Positions 36,878-45,547 of a stretch of DNA of 64,000 nucleotides are shown one piece after another. Numbering within the stretch: position 1 is the stretch's first letter; the number at the start of each line of letters is the position of its first letter. The stretch spans positions 225-64,224 of the forward strand of contig JBIKTR010000010.1 in the NCBI GenBank assembly GCA_044348005.1. Reading direction: 5' to 3'. The DNA comes from Vampirovibrionales bacterium (GTDB lineage Bacteria > Cyanobacteriota > Vampirovibrionia > Vampirovibrionales > JAJTHC01). The translations under genes and the position numbers were made by a program. The notes beneath the pieces are model-generated. The model had not been told where the DNA came from and did no database searches. It was given only the letters and a program-made list of their open reading frames with translations.

Positions 36878-38989
36878 CTAAGGCGTGGGAGCACCACTGG
36901 GCGTGGGCGGAAGCGAATCAGCCTCTTCTTTCTTGGGCAGGGGGTCATTCACTGATTTCAACGCGCGACTCGGCGTTTCTTCAGCGGGGGGGGCAGTCTT
37001 GAGCGTTTTTACGGGGGCAGGGGGGGAATCTTGAGGGGCTTCTTCTTCAGGCCCTTCGCTGTTCATTGCGGTGGGATCTTCAGTCGATTCAACACCTTCA
37101 GGCGGTGGGACGGTTTCATCTGTTGCTTCGGGCGGGGGCGTCTTGGCGTCATCCGCTTTCACTTTAAGGGTCGCCCGTGTAAAGCCCTTACGAGGGAAAC
37201 CCGCATGGCTCATATATGAACGCCAAATCACCGCAGGCATGACCCCTCCCGTGAACGTTCGGGGCATGGGGGTGTTGTCGTCATTGCCCATCCACACGCC
37301 TGCCACAACATCAGGGGTGTAGCCAATGAACCAGGCATCTCGATAGTCGTCACTGGTGCCTGTTTTGCCTGCGGCGGGGCCTCCGTATTGCGCGGCGCGC
37401 CCTGTGCCACTGGTAATAACGCTTTGCAACATTTTGGTCATCGTATCCGCAACAGACGCATCCAAGACTTGTAATTCAACCGGTTCTTGGGTAAAAAAGT
37501 TTTCGCCTTGAGGCCCGTCAATGCTTTCAATAAAGTAGGGACTCACTCGCATCCCGTGATTTGACAACGTCCCAAAGGCCCGAATCAGTTCCACCATGTA
37601 CATGGAACTGCCTCCTAAGGTGGCGGCAAGGTTGGCATCCACTGGCGAATCAATCCCCATTTCTTTGGCGGTGGCAATCACGGACTGAGGAGACAGTTCG
37701 TTCATCAATTTAACGGCAATAATGTTGTTAGAAAGGTACAAAGCCTTGGTGAGCGTCATGGCACCGCGAAATTTTTTGTCGTAATTATGAGGCTTCCATG
37801 ACCCGTAGCTAATGGGTTCATCGATCCTTACATCGTAAGGAGAATAGCCTTGGCGAATCGCTTCTGTATAAGTAAACACTTTAAATAATGAACCAGGGGA
37901 TCGAGGTGAGCGTTGAATGCGATCATACTGACTTTCTGAAAACTTTTTCCCCCCTTCGTAAGACAAAACCGCCCCTGTGTGGGTGTCCATCGCCATGAGC
38001 ATGACTTGGTTTTGCGCCGCCGTGCGTTTATAGCGATTCACCGCGGAGCTAATGGCGTCTTGCGCGGAAGCATTGGCTTTGGGATCTAAAGTCGTGTAAA
38101 TGCTCAAGCCCGCTTGCCAAAACTCTTGTTCACTTAAGCCTAGTAATTCTTGGGTTTGTTGACGCACCACCTGATTGAAATAAGGGGCTTTATCAGTCAC
38201 TGCAAGGCGTTCAAGGTTGGGTTTGAGCTTTAACGGCGTTTTTTGAAGGACTTTCGCTTCTTCAGCCGTAATCGATCGAATTTCAACGAGATTTTGAATG
38301 ACTTCATTGCGTCGAGCCACCGCTTTTTCAGGCGCCACCATTGGGTTGTAGGCCGAAGGGGCTTGCGGTAATCCAGCCAGCAAGCAGGCTTCAGCGACGG
38401 TTAATTGCTTGGGGGTTTTGTTGAAATACACTTCAGAAGCAGCTTCAATGCCGTAAGCCCCCTGCCCAAAATAGACGTAATTCATGTAAAGCTCTAGAAT
38501 ATCGGACTTGCTCAATTCTTGTTCAAGTTGTACCGACAAAATAATTTCCTTGATTTTACGAGAAAAGGTGCGTTCGTTGTTTAAAAACAATAAGCGAGAC
38601 AACTGCTGAGTCAAGGTAGAACCGCCTTCTTTGACGCCTCTTCCCTTGGTGTTGCGTAAAATGGCGCGCCCAATGGCGAGGGGGTCTACGCCTCTGTGAG
38701 CGTAAAAACGGCGATCTTCAGTCGCCACAAGGGCTTGCGGGAACGCTGGGGCGATTTCTTCGAGTTTTACGGGGCGAATACTAAAGCGTTCGTTGCGTAA
38801 AATCACGGTTTTTTGGTCGTTGGCATACACCACAGTCGAGTTTTGGGCCGACATAATCTGTGATTTACGTTGGTTAATGAGTTCACGCACACTGGGCATG
38901 TCTTTGGTCAGTTGCCCCCACGCAATAGCGATCCCGCCAATAATGGCAACCAGTAACAGGGTAACAGTGACACCTAAAAATTTCCACAT
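36878..38989 (-). CDS. class A penicillin-binding protein (bifunctional transglycosylase/transpeptidase, PBP1A-like)
   Basis: Signal-anchor TM. Glycosyltransferase motifs (EDRRFYAHRGVD; GGSTLTQQL). Transpeptidase SxxK (SPGSLFK) and KTG (GKTGTS). Pro-rich C-terminal tail. Confidence 0.85.
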   Translation of the reverse strand: MWKFLGVTVTLLLVAIIGGIAIAWGQLTKDMPSVRELINQRKSQIMSAQNSTVVYANDQKTVILRNERFSIRPVKLEEIAPAFPQALVATEDRRFYAHRGVDPLAIGRAILRNTKGRGVKEGGSTLTQQLSRLLFLNNERTFSRKIKEIILSVQLEQELSKSDILELYMNYVYFGQGAYGIEAASEVYFNKTPKQLTVAEACLLAGLPQAPSAYNPMVAPEKAVARRNEVIQNLVEIRSITAEEAKVLQKTPLKLKPNLERLAVTDKAPYFNQVVRQQTQELLGLSEQEFWQAGLSIYTTLDPKANASAQDAISSAVNRYKRTAAQNQVMLMAMDTHTGAVLSYEGGKKFSESQYDRIQRSPRSPGSLFKVFTYTEAIRQGYSPYDVRIDEPISYGSWKPHNYDKKFRGAMTLTKALYLSNNIIAVKLMNELSPQSVIATAKEMGIDSPVDANLAATLGGSSMYMVELIRAFGTLSNHGMRVSPYFIESIDGPQGENFFTQEPVELQVLDASVADTMTKMLQSVITSGTGRAAQYGGPAAGKTGTSDDYRDAWFIGYTPDVVAGVWMGNDDNTPMPRTFTGGVMPAVIWRSYMSHAGFPRKGFTRATLKVKADDAKTPPPEATDETVPPPEGVESTEDPTAMNSEGPEEEAPQDSPPAPVKTLKTAPPAEETPSRALKSVNDPLPKKEEADSLPPTPSGAPTP

Positions 38990-39081
38990 AATCTATGGGG
39001 CTTCCTTTTTGTGAAGGGGATGAGATCCATCTATGTGTTTCATTCTACACCAAAATTAAAAAAGAAACGCACTTTTCGACC

Positions 39082-39220
39082 CACGAAAGTCCGTTTTCTG
39101 GCCACGAAAGTCCGATTTTTGGCCACAAAAGTCCGATTTCTGGCCACGAAAGTCCGATTTCTGGCCACGAAAGTCCAATTTCTGGCCACGAAAGTCCGAT
39201 TTCTGGCCACGAAAGTCGAC
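39082..39220. repeat. tandem array, 21-bp unit CACGAAAGTCCGATTTCTGGC x 6.6, bounded by ~13-bp direct repeat CTTTTCGACCCAC
   Basis: Units at 39082, 39103, 39124, 39145, 39166, 39187, with a partial unit at 39208. Zero to two substitutions per unit. Each unit holds an imperfect palindrome GAAAGTCCGATTTC. Right end finishes in a perfect palindrome GAAAGTCGACTTTC. Confidence 0.85.
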
Positions 39221-39461
39221 TTTTCGACCCACAGAATACCCATTTTTTACTCGATTTTCAAGGAATTTGTGAGAGTGCGAAGGCTTCTTCAAAAAAGCCA
39301 CTCTTTTTCAGTATAACGTATTTTTAAGCCCGTTGCCCAGTGGCTAAAACGCACGATTTTGCCCAATCGGATGATTTTTAAGCCCCCTTGTCTCACGCGC
39401 AGGGGCAAGCTCGTTATACTAAAAAAGCATAGCACCCCTTCAGTGAATGAAAGTTCTTTCC

Positions 39462-40601
39462 ATGGCGCGGCACAAAAAACACCCAGAACATGAAAATTTA
39501 GAACGGTGGTTGGTTTCTTACGCAGACTTTATTACCCTGCTGTTTGCCACGTTTACCGCCTTGTACGCCATTGCACAATCTAAACTAACAGACGACAACA
39601 AAGCCGCCGAAGAAATTAAAAAATCCTTTCAGCAAGAAACGTTGCTCAAAGGCATTGCTTCTGTTTTTCAGGGGCAAAGCACCCCGACCGACAGGCCCAA
39701 CCCTGCCTTTGAAGAAACAGGCAAAGGCGAAGGCGTGGTGGGTAAATACGAAAGTTTGATTCTAACCCATGGCGAAAAAAAGCAAATGGAAGAACTGCTT
39801 GAAGAATTGGATGAAGTGGCCAATGAACTGCAACAATATATTGAACAAGCCCTTTCAAGCTCGCCTCAAGATTTTGCAGAACCCTTAGACGACTTGGCGG
39901 GTGTTCCTTTACGGGGTTTAGAAGTTACCTTGCAAGAACGTGGGGTTAAAATTAGTTTTGACAGCCGTTTGCTCTTCCCCTCAGGGTCTGCCGAATTAAA
40001 TAGAACAAGTATTCGCTTTTTAGATCAAGTCGCCAGTCGCTTGCTGAAAAGCACGCCCACCCACTTGGTGCATATTGAAGGGCATACGGATTCTTCGCCC
40101 ATTTCGGGGCGTTACCCTTCAAACTGGGAACTTTCTTCGGCAAGGGCTTGTGCGGTGGTGCGTCATTTTATCAATCAACACAAGTTTAACCCGACTGATT
40201 TAGCCGCCATTGGCTACGCCGAAAGTCGGCCAGTGACCTCCAATAGCACGGCGCAAAACCGTGCCAAAAACCGACGCATTGACATTGTTTTACATAGCCG
40301 TGAACAAGCACAACAGGTGGATCCCATTCCAGAAGCCCGCCGAGAAAAGGTGTTGATTGACACCACGCATCGCTATAGTATTGAAAATAAGGCGGCTCAA
40401 GAAGTGATTCCCGTGGTGGTTGAAGAAACACCCAAGTCTCCTTCCATTAAAAAAGCACCTTCTTCTGAACGGATTGCCAAGAAACCTTCGCCAAAAACGC
40501 TTCCTAAAAAAGAACTTAAAATTTTACCGATTAAGGAAGAAATCCATATTCCTATTTATGGGGAACATGGAGAAGTGCTCAATCATACCGCTTCAAAGTA
40601 A
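39462..40601 (+). CDS. MotB/OmpA-family protein (MotB-like N-terminal plug/TM plus OmpA-like peptidoglycan-binding domain)
   Basis: N-terminus MARHKKHPEHENLERWLVSYADFITLLFATF is classic MotB. OmpA-like C-terminal core (...HIEGHTDSSPI...NRAKNRRIDIV). No motA-like gene adjacent. Confidence 0.65.
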   Translation: MARHKKHPEHENLERWLVSYADFITLLFATFTALYAIAQSKLTDDNKAAEEIKKSFQQETLLKGIASVFQGQSTPTDRPNPAFEETGKGEGVVGKYESLILTHGEKKQMEELLEELDEVANELQQYIEQALSSSPQDFAEPLDDLAGVPLRGLEVTLQERGVKISFDSRLLFPSGSAELNRTSIRFLDQVASRLLKSTPTHLVHIEGHTDSSPISGRYPSNWELSSARACAVVRHFINQHKFNPTDLAAIGYAESRPVTSNSTAQNRAKNRRIDIVLHSREQAQQVDPIPEARREKVLIDTTHRYSIENKAAQEVIPVVVEETPKSPSIKKAPSSERIAKKPSPKTLPKKELKILPIKEEIHIPIYGEHGEVLNHTASK

Positions 40602-40688
40602 GCGAACCCTTCTGGCACGTGTTAGGGGATGTGTTTTTAGCTGTTTTTGATGAACAATTTTCTAAAATCCTGCACCTAAAGGAGTTGC

Positions 40689-41354
40689 TTGGACTTAAAA
40701 TGGGTCATGCTTATTCGTATGATGAAAAATGCCTTCCAACTCCCCGAAAGCTTCACGTTAGGTTCCCTTCCCTTGAAGGAAGACCCCGCGCCTTCGCTTT
40801 TTCAAGGGCCTTTTCCTAAAATCAGTCAACCCCTCATCAAAGTCTTAAATCTGTTGGACACTCAAACCACCGATGGGCTTTCGGTTCACTTGCAATCACC
40901 CGCCCTAAAGCGTCGTTATTGGCAGCGCCAGCATGCCAAAGAATATGAACGGCTAAAAGCGATCTCCCAGCACGCCGACTGGATCCGTCAAACGCTTGAA
41001 GCCCGTGGGTGCCTTCAATTAAAAAATAGTTTTGATCGAGACATGCTTCACTTAGAACAGCTTGATTATTTGTATGCGCGCTTAACAACACAAGAAGAAG
41101 CGTTGTTGAATGCCTTTGAAACGTGGGTGTTCCAGCAGGTTCAACAGCTACAACGACTATTCAATCGCTTGAAGGCTTCTGTTAAACAAGGGTGGTATGT
41201 TCTGGTGGATGCTGAAGAAAATGGCCGTCACGTCCAAGCCCAACGCCTGTTCCAGCAATGGGTGTTTCACTTGTGTCAGCGTCATCGGCAAAAGGGTATG
41301 GGGGCTGATCTGTTGCAGGAAGTGTATATCTTACAACAGCGTCAAGCCCATTAG
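40689..41354 (+). CDS. hypothetical protein (helical/coiled-coil), first gene of a two-gene cassette
   Basis: 221-aa ORF with no recognisable motif. Start uncertain because several in-frame Met lie near the N-terminus. Confidence 0.3.
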   Translation: MDLKWVMLIRMMKNAFQLPESFTLGSLPLKEDPAPSLFQGPFPKISQPLIKVLNLLDTQTTDGLSVHLQSPALKRRYWQRQHAKEYERLKAISQHADWIRQTLEARGCLQLKNSFDRDMLHLEQLDYLYARLTTQEEALLNAFETWVFQQVQQLQRLFNRLKASVKQGWYVLVDAEENGRHVQAQRLFQQWVFHLCQRHRQKGMGADLLQEVYILQQRQAH

Positions 41355-41405
41355 GGCTTTTTGGTGTATGCTGGTAAGGTTACCTTGTGAAATAATGAGA
41401 CGCCC

Positions 41406-42662
41406 TTGATTCACGGATTTTCACCTTCTGATGTTTTTACCCTTTCCTTTGGCACGTTGAATGGGCATTTGCCGCTTTCCTTTCGTCCCTTAAATCTGGC
41501 TCAAATGGTGTATGTGTTGGATCATGCCTTGCGTTTTAAGTCGCCTCAACAGTTTGACGAACACGTGGCGCGCCCCCTTTTAGTCAAGCAGTACCAGCCC
41601 ACGGTTTCAATTCGTTATGATCAACATTTTTTAAAAGAATGCCCTGTGTTGTGGGTGCATTACGCGTTGTATGCCTTAATTGAAGCGAGTTTGCCTACCG
41701 TGGAAGACCCTGACTTAGTCAAGCGTTGCAAGGCCTTTAGCCTGTTGCTAGAACGGCAACGCTTTGCGCAGTGGAATGAGTCTTACCTGAGTGATTACTG
41801 GAAGGAATCGACCCTGAATTTTAGCGAAGCCATGCTTAAGCATCCTGAAGGGGTGAGTGGGCTTGCCGAGTTAAGGGAGGTGCTTGACTTGGGTCTGGCT
41901 CCTATTGAAATAGAAGAGGCGTTGCCTTCGCCGTTGGGATATTGCGTGTCTTTAGGGATTCTGGCGCCTTGGGGGCGCTTGTGTCATTATTTGGGGGTGC
42001 ATACGGCGTTGTATCAGCGTTTTAGCAACCCACAGTTTAAAGAAGTTCCGCGGGCGTTGGCGTTGGCCCATGCTTATTTTTCAGAAGCGCCTGCTCCCCT
42101 GTACCCCCAGCCCATTCACACCTTGGTTTTGGTTGAAGGCATGACCGAAGAGGTGTTGTTGCCCGCGTTGCTCAACATTGCGGGCGTTTATGAAGGGGTT
42201 CGGGTGCAAAGTTGTGGGGGCAAAACGGCGATGCTGGCTCATTATCAACGCATACGCCCTTGGTTTAGCGGACGCGTTCGCTTGGTGCTAGACGCCGATG
42301 CCACGGACATTAGTCGCCCCCTGCAAAAAAGCCTACACCCGCAAGATGCCCTCTACCTTATTCCCCAAGGTGCGATTGAAGATTGTTATGAATTGCCCCT
42401 GTTTTTAAAGGTCCTTAATCAAGTGCGCCAAGGCTGTTTGCCTCTTACTGCGCAAGACTTTCAAGCCTGGTGCGCTGCGCATAAGGTCTCTAAGCGCAGT
42501 CGCTCTCAGGTGTACCATCGATTTTGGGTGGCTCATGGTTTAGAAGGCTTTGACAAAACGTTTCTTGCCCATCGCATTGCCGAAGCCTTAAGGCAAGACC
42601 GCCATGCGCTTGAAAAATTACCCAAGGGTTTGTTCGCTTTGCTTGATTTTGTGCTAAAATGA
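41406..42662 (+). CDS. hypothetical protein with C-terminal Toprim-like (OLD/DUF4435-type) putative nuclease domain
   Basis: C-terminal ...HTLVLVEGMTEEVLLPALL...SCGGKTAMLAHYQRIRPWFSGRVRLVLDADATD shows the Toprim pattern (conserved E in a VEG strand, Gly-rich turn, DxD). N-terminal ~220 aa unknown. No Walker A. Confidence 0.4.
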   Translation: MIHGFSPSDVFTLSFGTLNGHLPLSFRPLNLAQMVYVLDHALRFKSPQQFDEHVARPLLVKQYQPTVSIRYDQHFLKECPVLWVHYALYALIEASLPTVEDPDLVKRCKAFSLLLERQRFAQWNESYLSDYWKESTLNFSEAMLKHPEGVSGLAELREVLDLGLAPIEIEEALPSPLGYCVSLGILAPWGRLCHYLGVHTALYQRFSNPQFKEVPRALALAHAYFSEAPAPLYPQPIHTLVLVEGMTEEVLLPALLNIAGVYEGVRVQSCGGKTAMLAHYQRIRPWFSGRVRLVLDADATDISRPLQKSLHPQDALYLIPQGAIEDCYELPLFLKVLNQVRQGCLPLTAQDFQAWCAAHKVSKRSRSQVYHRFWVAHGLEGFDKTFLAHRIAEALRQDRHALEKLPKGLFALLDFVLK

Positions 42663-42710
42663 ATCTGTATTCGTTGAACATGTTGTGATTGTAGGACGCC
42701 GTAATACCCC

Positions 42711-44954
42711 ATGCCTAAACCTAAAAGTACCCCTAGCCTAAGCAAAACCAAGACGGCATCCCCCAAGGTGAAAACGCCTAAACCTGCTGTAGAAGTAGAC
42801 GTCAAAGCCATTGAAGCGTCTAAAGCAGGCCCAAAAACCCTTGAAAAAGCCTCTCCCAAATCCGCCAAAACCTCCGTGAAAGAATCGGTGAAATCCAATA
42901 GTAAAAGCACTGTTCAAAAAAGTTCTGTTCAAAAAAACACGGCTGAAAAAAACACACCTAAAAAAAACACACCTAAAGTGAAAGAGGCTTCAAAAGCCCC
43001 CGTTAAACCTTCTGCGCTTAAAACGCCTGCTCCCGCAAAAGCGAACAACCCGAAATTCACAGAAAAATCAAACGATTCCCCTCCAGCGAGCGTACCTGCC
43101 CCAAGCGTTAAAGTCACCGTGATCCAAGAACTCAAAGCACAATTGAGTCGTGCAGGCTTAATCGGTATGGGACGCCCCCCCCGCGTGGTGGTGGCCTTTT
43201 CAGGCGGAAGCGATTCAACCGCCCTGTTGCATGCCTTGGCTCAATTGCGAGACACCGAAGGCCTTGAAGCGTTGGCGGTGTACTATCACCATAATTGGAG
43301 AGGCACCCCCGCCCCTGAGCTCCCGCGGGTGCATAAAAATTGCCAACGCCTGCGGATTCCCTTGGTGTTTGCCCCCCCCCACCCCGATGAAGAAAAAAGC
43401 GAAGTTTCCGCCCGACATTTTCGCTATGAACGCTTGATTGAGGTGGCCACGCAATTTAAGGCCGAAGCCATTTTAACGGCCCATCATCAGGACGATCAAA
43501 TCGAAACGATTTTGTTTCGCATTTTTAGAGGCACCGGCCCTGATGGCTTAGAAGGCATTCAGCGAACCTTGTTTTTCAAAAAACAGGGAACCGACACCCC
43601 GAGCCACATCCCCATTTTGCGCCCTTTTTTAGGCTTAAGCGAACAAGTGCTTTCCCAATACACGCAGGCCCATGAACTCCTATTTTTTAAAGATCCTTCA
43701 AACACCAATACCCGCTATGCCAGAAATGCCATTCGTCATAATCTTTTACCTGTGATCAAAGCCCAGTTCCCCACTTATGAAAAGGCGGTGTTGAAATTGT
43801 CTCACTTGGTGGAAGGGGACTTGAGTATTTTGGATCACATTACGCAAAGCCAGTGGCAGGCTCTTGAACTTCATGGGGCAAGTCCCAGTGTGTTTCAGTG
43901 GGGCTCTAAGCGTTCTACCACCTTGTTTTGTCAATTAAGCGTGCCGTATCAGCGTCGCTTGGTGCGTCACCTCTTACAGCAATTTAACATTGAAAGTGAC
44001 TTTGAAGACACCCAACGACTCATTGGCTTTTTGACCCAAGATTTACAGACGTTGCATCTGCATAAGAAAGACAAACAAGGCCTGTTTAAACAGCCCAAAG
44101 CCTCTGTGAAGATGTCCCTAGGCACCACGCAAGACGGCGACTTACGCTTTTTGTTGCGCTCTAATTCCGCGTTTTGGATTGAGGTGCATCCGCGTCGTGA
44201 TCAGGCGTATCGTGAACTGATTGCTCAGCGTGTGGGGGTGCCTTTAAGTGGGGGCGTTGTTACACTGCCGTGGGATGCTGGCCAAGCCCTACGGGTGGAG
44301 CCTTTCCCCAAGCGAGCGGGTATGTTTGACGTGCGTAAGTTGACCTCCGCCAAATCCAAAGATGTATTGGTGAACTTGAGCGATTACGCGGGGCAAAGCA
44401 TCGTATTGCGAACGCGCGAAGCCGGCGATTGGCTCAAGCCCTTGGGCATGAAGGGCAAACGCATGAAGTTAAAAGCTTTCTTCATCGCACAACGCATTCC
44501 TCAAGAACTGCGTGCCGAATGGCCCGTGCTGGCCTGTGGCAGTGAAGTGTTGTGGGTACCGGGTATTGGCGTGAGCGATTCCTTACGGGTGACGATGAAA
44601 GTCCCGCCCACCCACACGTGGATGCTTGGAGACACCGAAGAAGTCACACAACTAAGGACGCTTCGCTTTTTGGAAGACCCCAGCACCTTGATTGAAGCCG
44701 AAGAAGCCGACCTGCTTGAAGACACTTTAGAAGAATCGCTCGAAGCCGTTTTGGCTGATTCAGCGCCTGAAGATTCTCTCACAGATCTTTTAGAAGAAGA
44801 CCCTGAAGGCTTTGATGAAGTCAACCACATTAAAAGCGCCGAACGCTTGATGCTTGAACATGATTTGGATCCCGATGAGATTGAAGTGATTGATTTAGAA
44901 GAGGTGCTGGATTTAGACGCGTTGCCTGAACCCCCTACAGGTGAACAATCATGA
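42711..44954 (+). CDS. tilS: tRNA(Ile)-lysidine synthetase with Lys-rich N-terminal extension and acidic C-terminal tail
   Basis: PP-loop VVVAFSGGSDSTALLHAL at ~aa 160. TilS core ~aa 150-650. N-terminal 150 aa K/P/A/S-rich, H1-like. Last ~100 aa D/E-rich. 747 aa versus ~450 typical. Followed by hpt as in the common tilS-hpt arrangement. Confidence 0.75.
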   Translation: MPKPKSTPSLSKTKTASPKVKTPKPAVEVDVKAIEASKAGPKTLEKASPKSAKTSVKESVKSNSKSTVQKSSVQKNTAEKNTPKKNTPKVKEASKAPVKPSALKTPAPAKANNPKFTEKSNDSPPASVPAPSVKVTVIQELKAQLSRAGLIGMGRPPRVVVAFSGGSDSTALLHALAQLRDTEGLEALAVYYHHNWRGTPAPELPRVHKNCQRLRIPLVFAPPHPDEEKSEVSARHFRYERLIEVATQFKAEAILTAHHQDDQIETILFRIFRGTGPDGLEGIQRTLFFKKQGTDTPSHIPILRPFLGLSEQVLSQYTQAHELLFFKDPSNTNTRYARNAIRHNLLPVIKAQFPTYEKAVLKLSHLVEGDLSILDHITQSQWQALELHGASPSVFQWGSKRSTTLFCQLSVPYQRRLVRHLLQQFNIESDFEDTQRLIGFLTQDLQTLHLHKKDKQGLFKQPKASVKMSLGTTQDGDLRFLLRSNSAFWIEVHPRRDQAYRELIAQRVGVPLSGGVVTLPWDAGQALRVEPFPKRAGMFDVRKLTSAKSKDVLVNLSDYAGQSIVLRTREAGDWLKPLGMKGKRMKLKAFFIAQRIPQELRAEWPVLACGSEVLWVPGIGVSDSLRVTMKVPPTHTWMLGDTEEVTQLRTLRFLEDPSTLIEAEEADLLEDTLEESLEAVLADSAPEDSLTDLLEEDPEGFDEVNHIKSAERLMLEHDLDPDEIEVIDLEEVLDLDALPEPPTGEQS

Positions 44955-45547
44955 GCGAACAAACGCCCTTAAGCTATGAACACGTCTGTCAAAACTTGGA
45001 ACTCTACATCGACAAAGCCCAGTTGGATCAACGCATTCAAGCTATGGCCTTGGCCATTAACGAACGTTACGCGGGGGTAGAAGAACTCACGATTTTGTGC
45101 GTATTAAAAGGCAGTTTTATGTTCGTGAGTGATTTAGTCAAGTACTTAAAAGTGCCTTGCCAGCTGGAGTTCATTCGTTTGGCCAGTTATGGCGAAAGCA
45201 TGCACAGCAGTGGTGAAGTGAAATCCGTAAACTTGACCCTGCCTAATCTCGCGAACAAGCATGTGCTGGTGCTAGAAGATATTATTGACACGGGCTTGAC
45301 GCTGTCGTTTTTAATGAATTACTTGCGCAACTTGCACCATACGGCTTCATTGGCCTTGGGCGTGTTGTTGGACAAGGCCGAATGTCGCAAACGTGAAGCC
45401 CAAGAGATTGTGTGTGATTTTGTGGGCTTTCAAATCGACAATGACTTTGTGGTGGGCTACGGGCTGGACTTTGCGGGCTACTTTCGTAACTTGCCTGAAA
45501 TCTATCGCTATATAGGTGCTGAGTCTTCTGATGATGCGTCGTCCTAA
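44951..45547 (+). CDS. hpt: hypoxanthine phosphoribosyltransferase
   Basis: PRPP-binding motif VLVLEDIIDTGLTLS. 198 aa. 4-nt overlap with the tilS stop. Confidence 0.85.
   Translation: MSEQTPLSYEHVCQNLELYIDKAQLDQRIQAMALAINERYAGVEELTILCVLKGSFMFVSDLVKYLKVPCQLEFIRLASYGESMHSSGEVKSVNLTLPNLANKHVLVLEDIIDTGLTLSFLMNYLRNLHHTASLALGVLLDKAECRKREAQEIVCDFVGFQIDNDFVVGYGLDFAGYFRNLPEIYRYIGAESSDDASS

Noticed and set aside
39082-39220. Possible CRISPR array
   Set aside because: The repeats are contiguous with no intervening unique spacers, the unit is 21 bp and not separated, and no cas genes are nearby. It is a tandem repeat, not a CRISPR.
39082-39220. GAAAGTCCG inside each repeat resembles the conserved GGAAAGTCCGGGC motif of RNase P RNA
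   Set aside because: Only a 9-nt coincidence repeated tandemly. No P4 pairing partner and none of the other conserved RNase P regions are nearby.
38995-39327. Several ORFs in the track on both strands (38995..39327, 39011..39316, 39040..39243, 39056..39301) encoding heptad repeats such as HESPISG, ATKVRFL and FVARNRT
   Set aside because: They are translations of the 21-bp tandem DNA repeat in every frame, with no ribosome-binding site, and they overlap the 5' end of the PBP gene start region. Best explained as a non-coding repeat.
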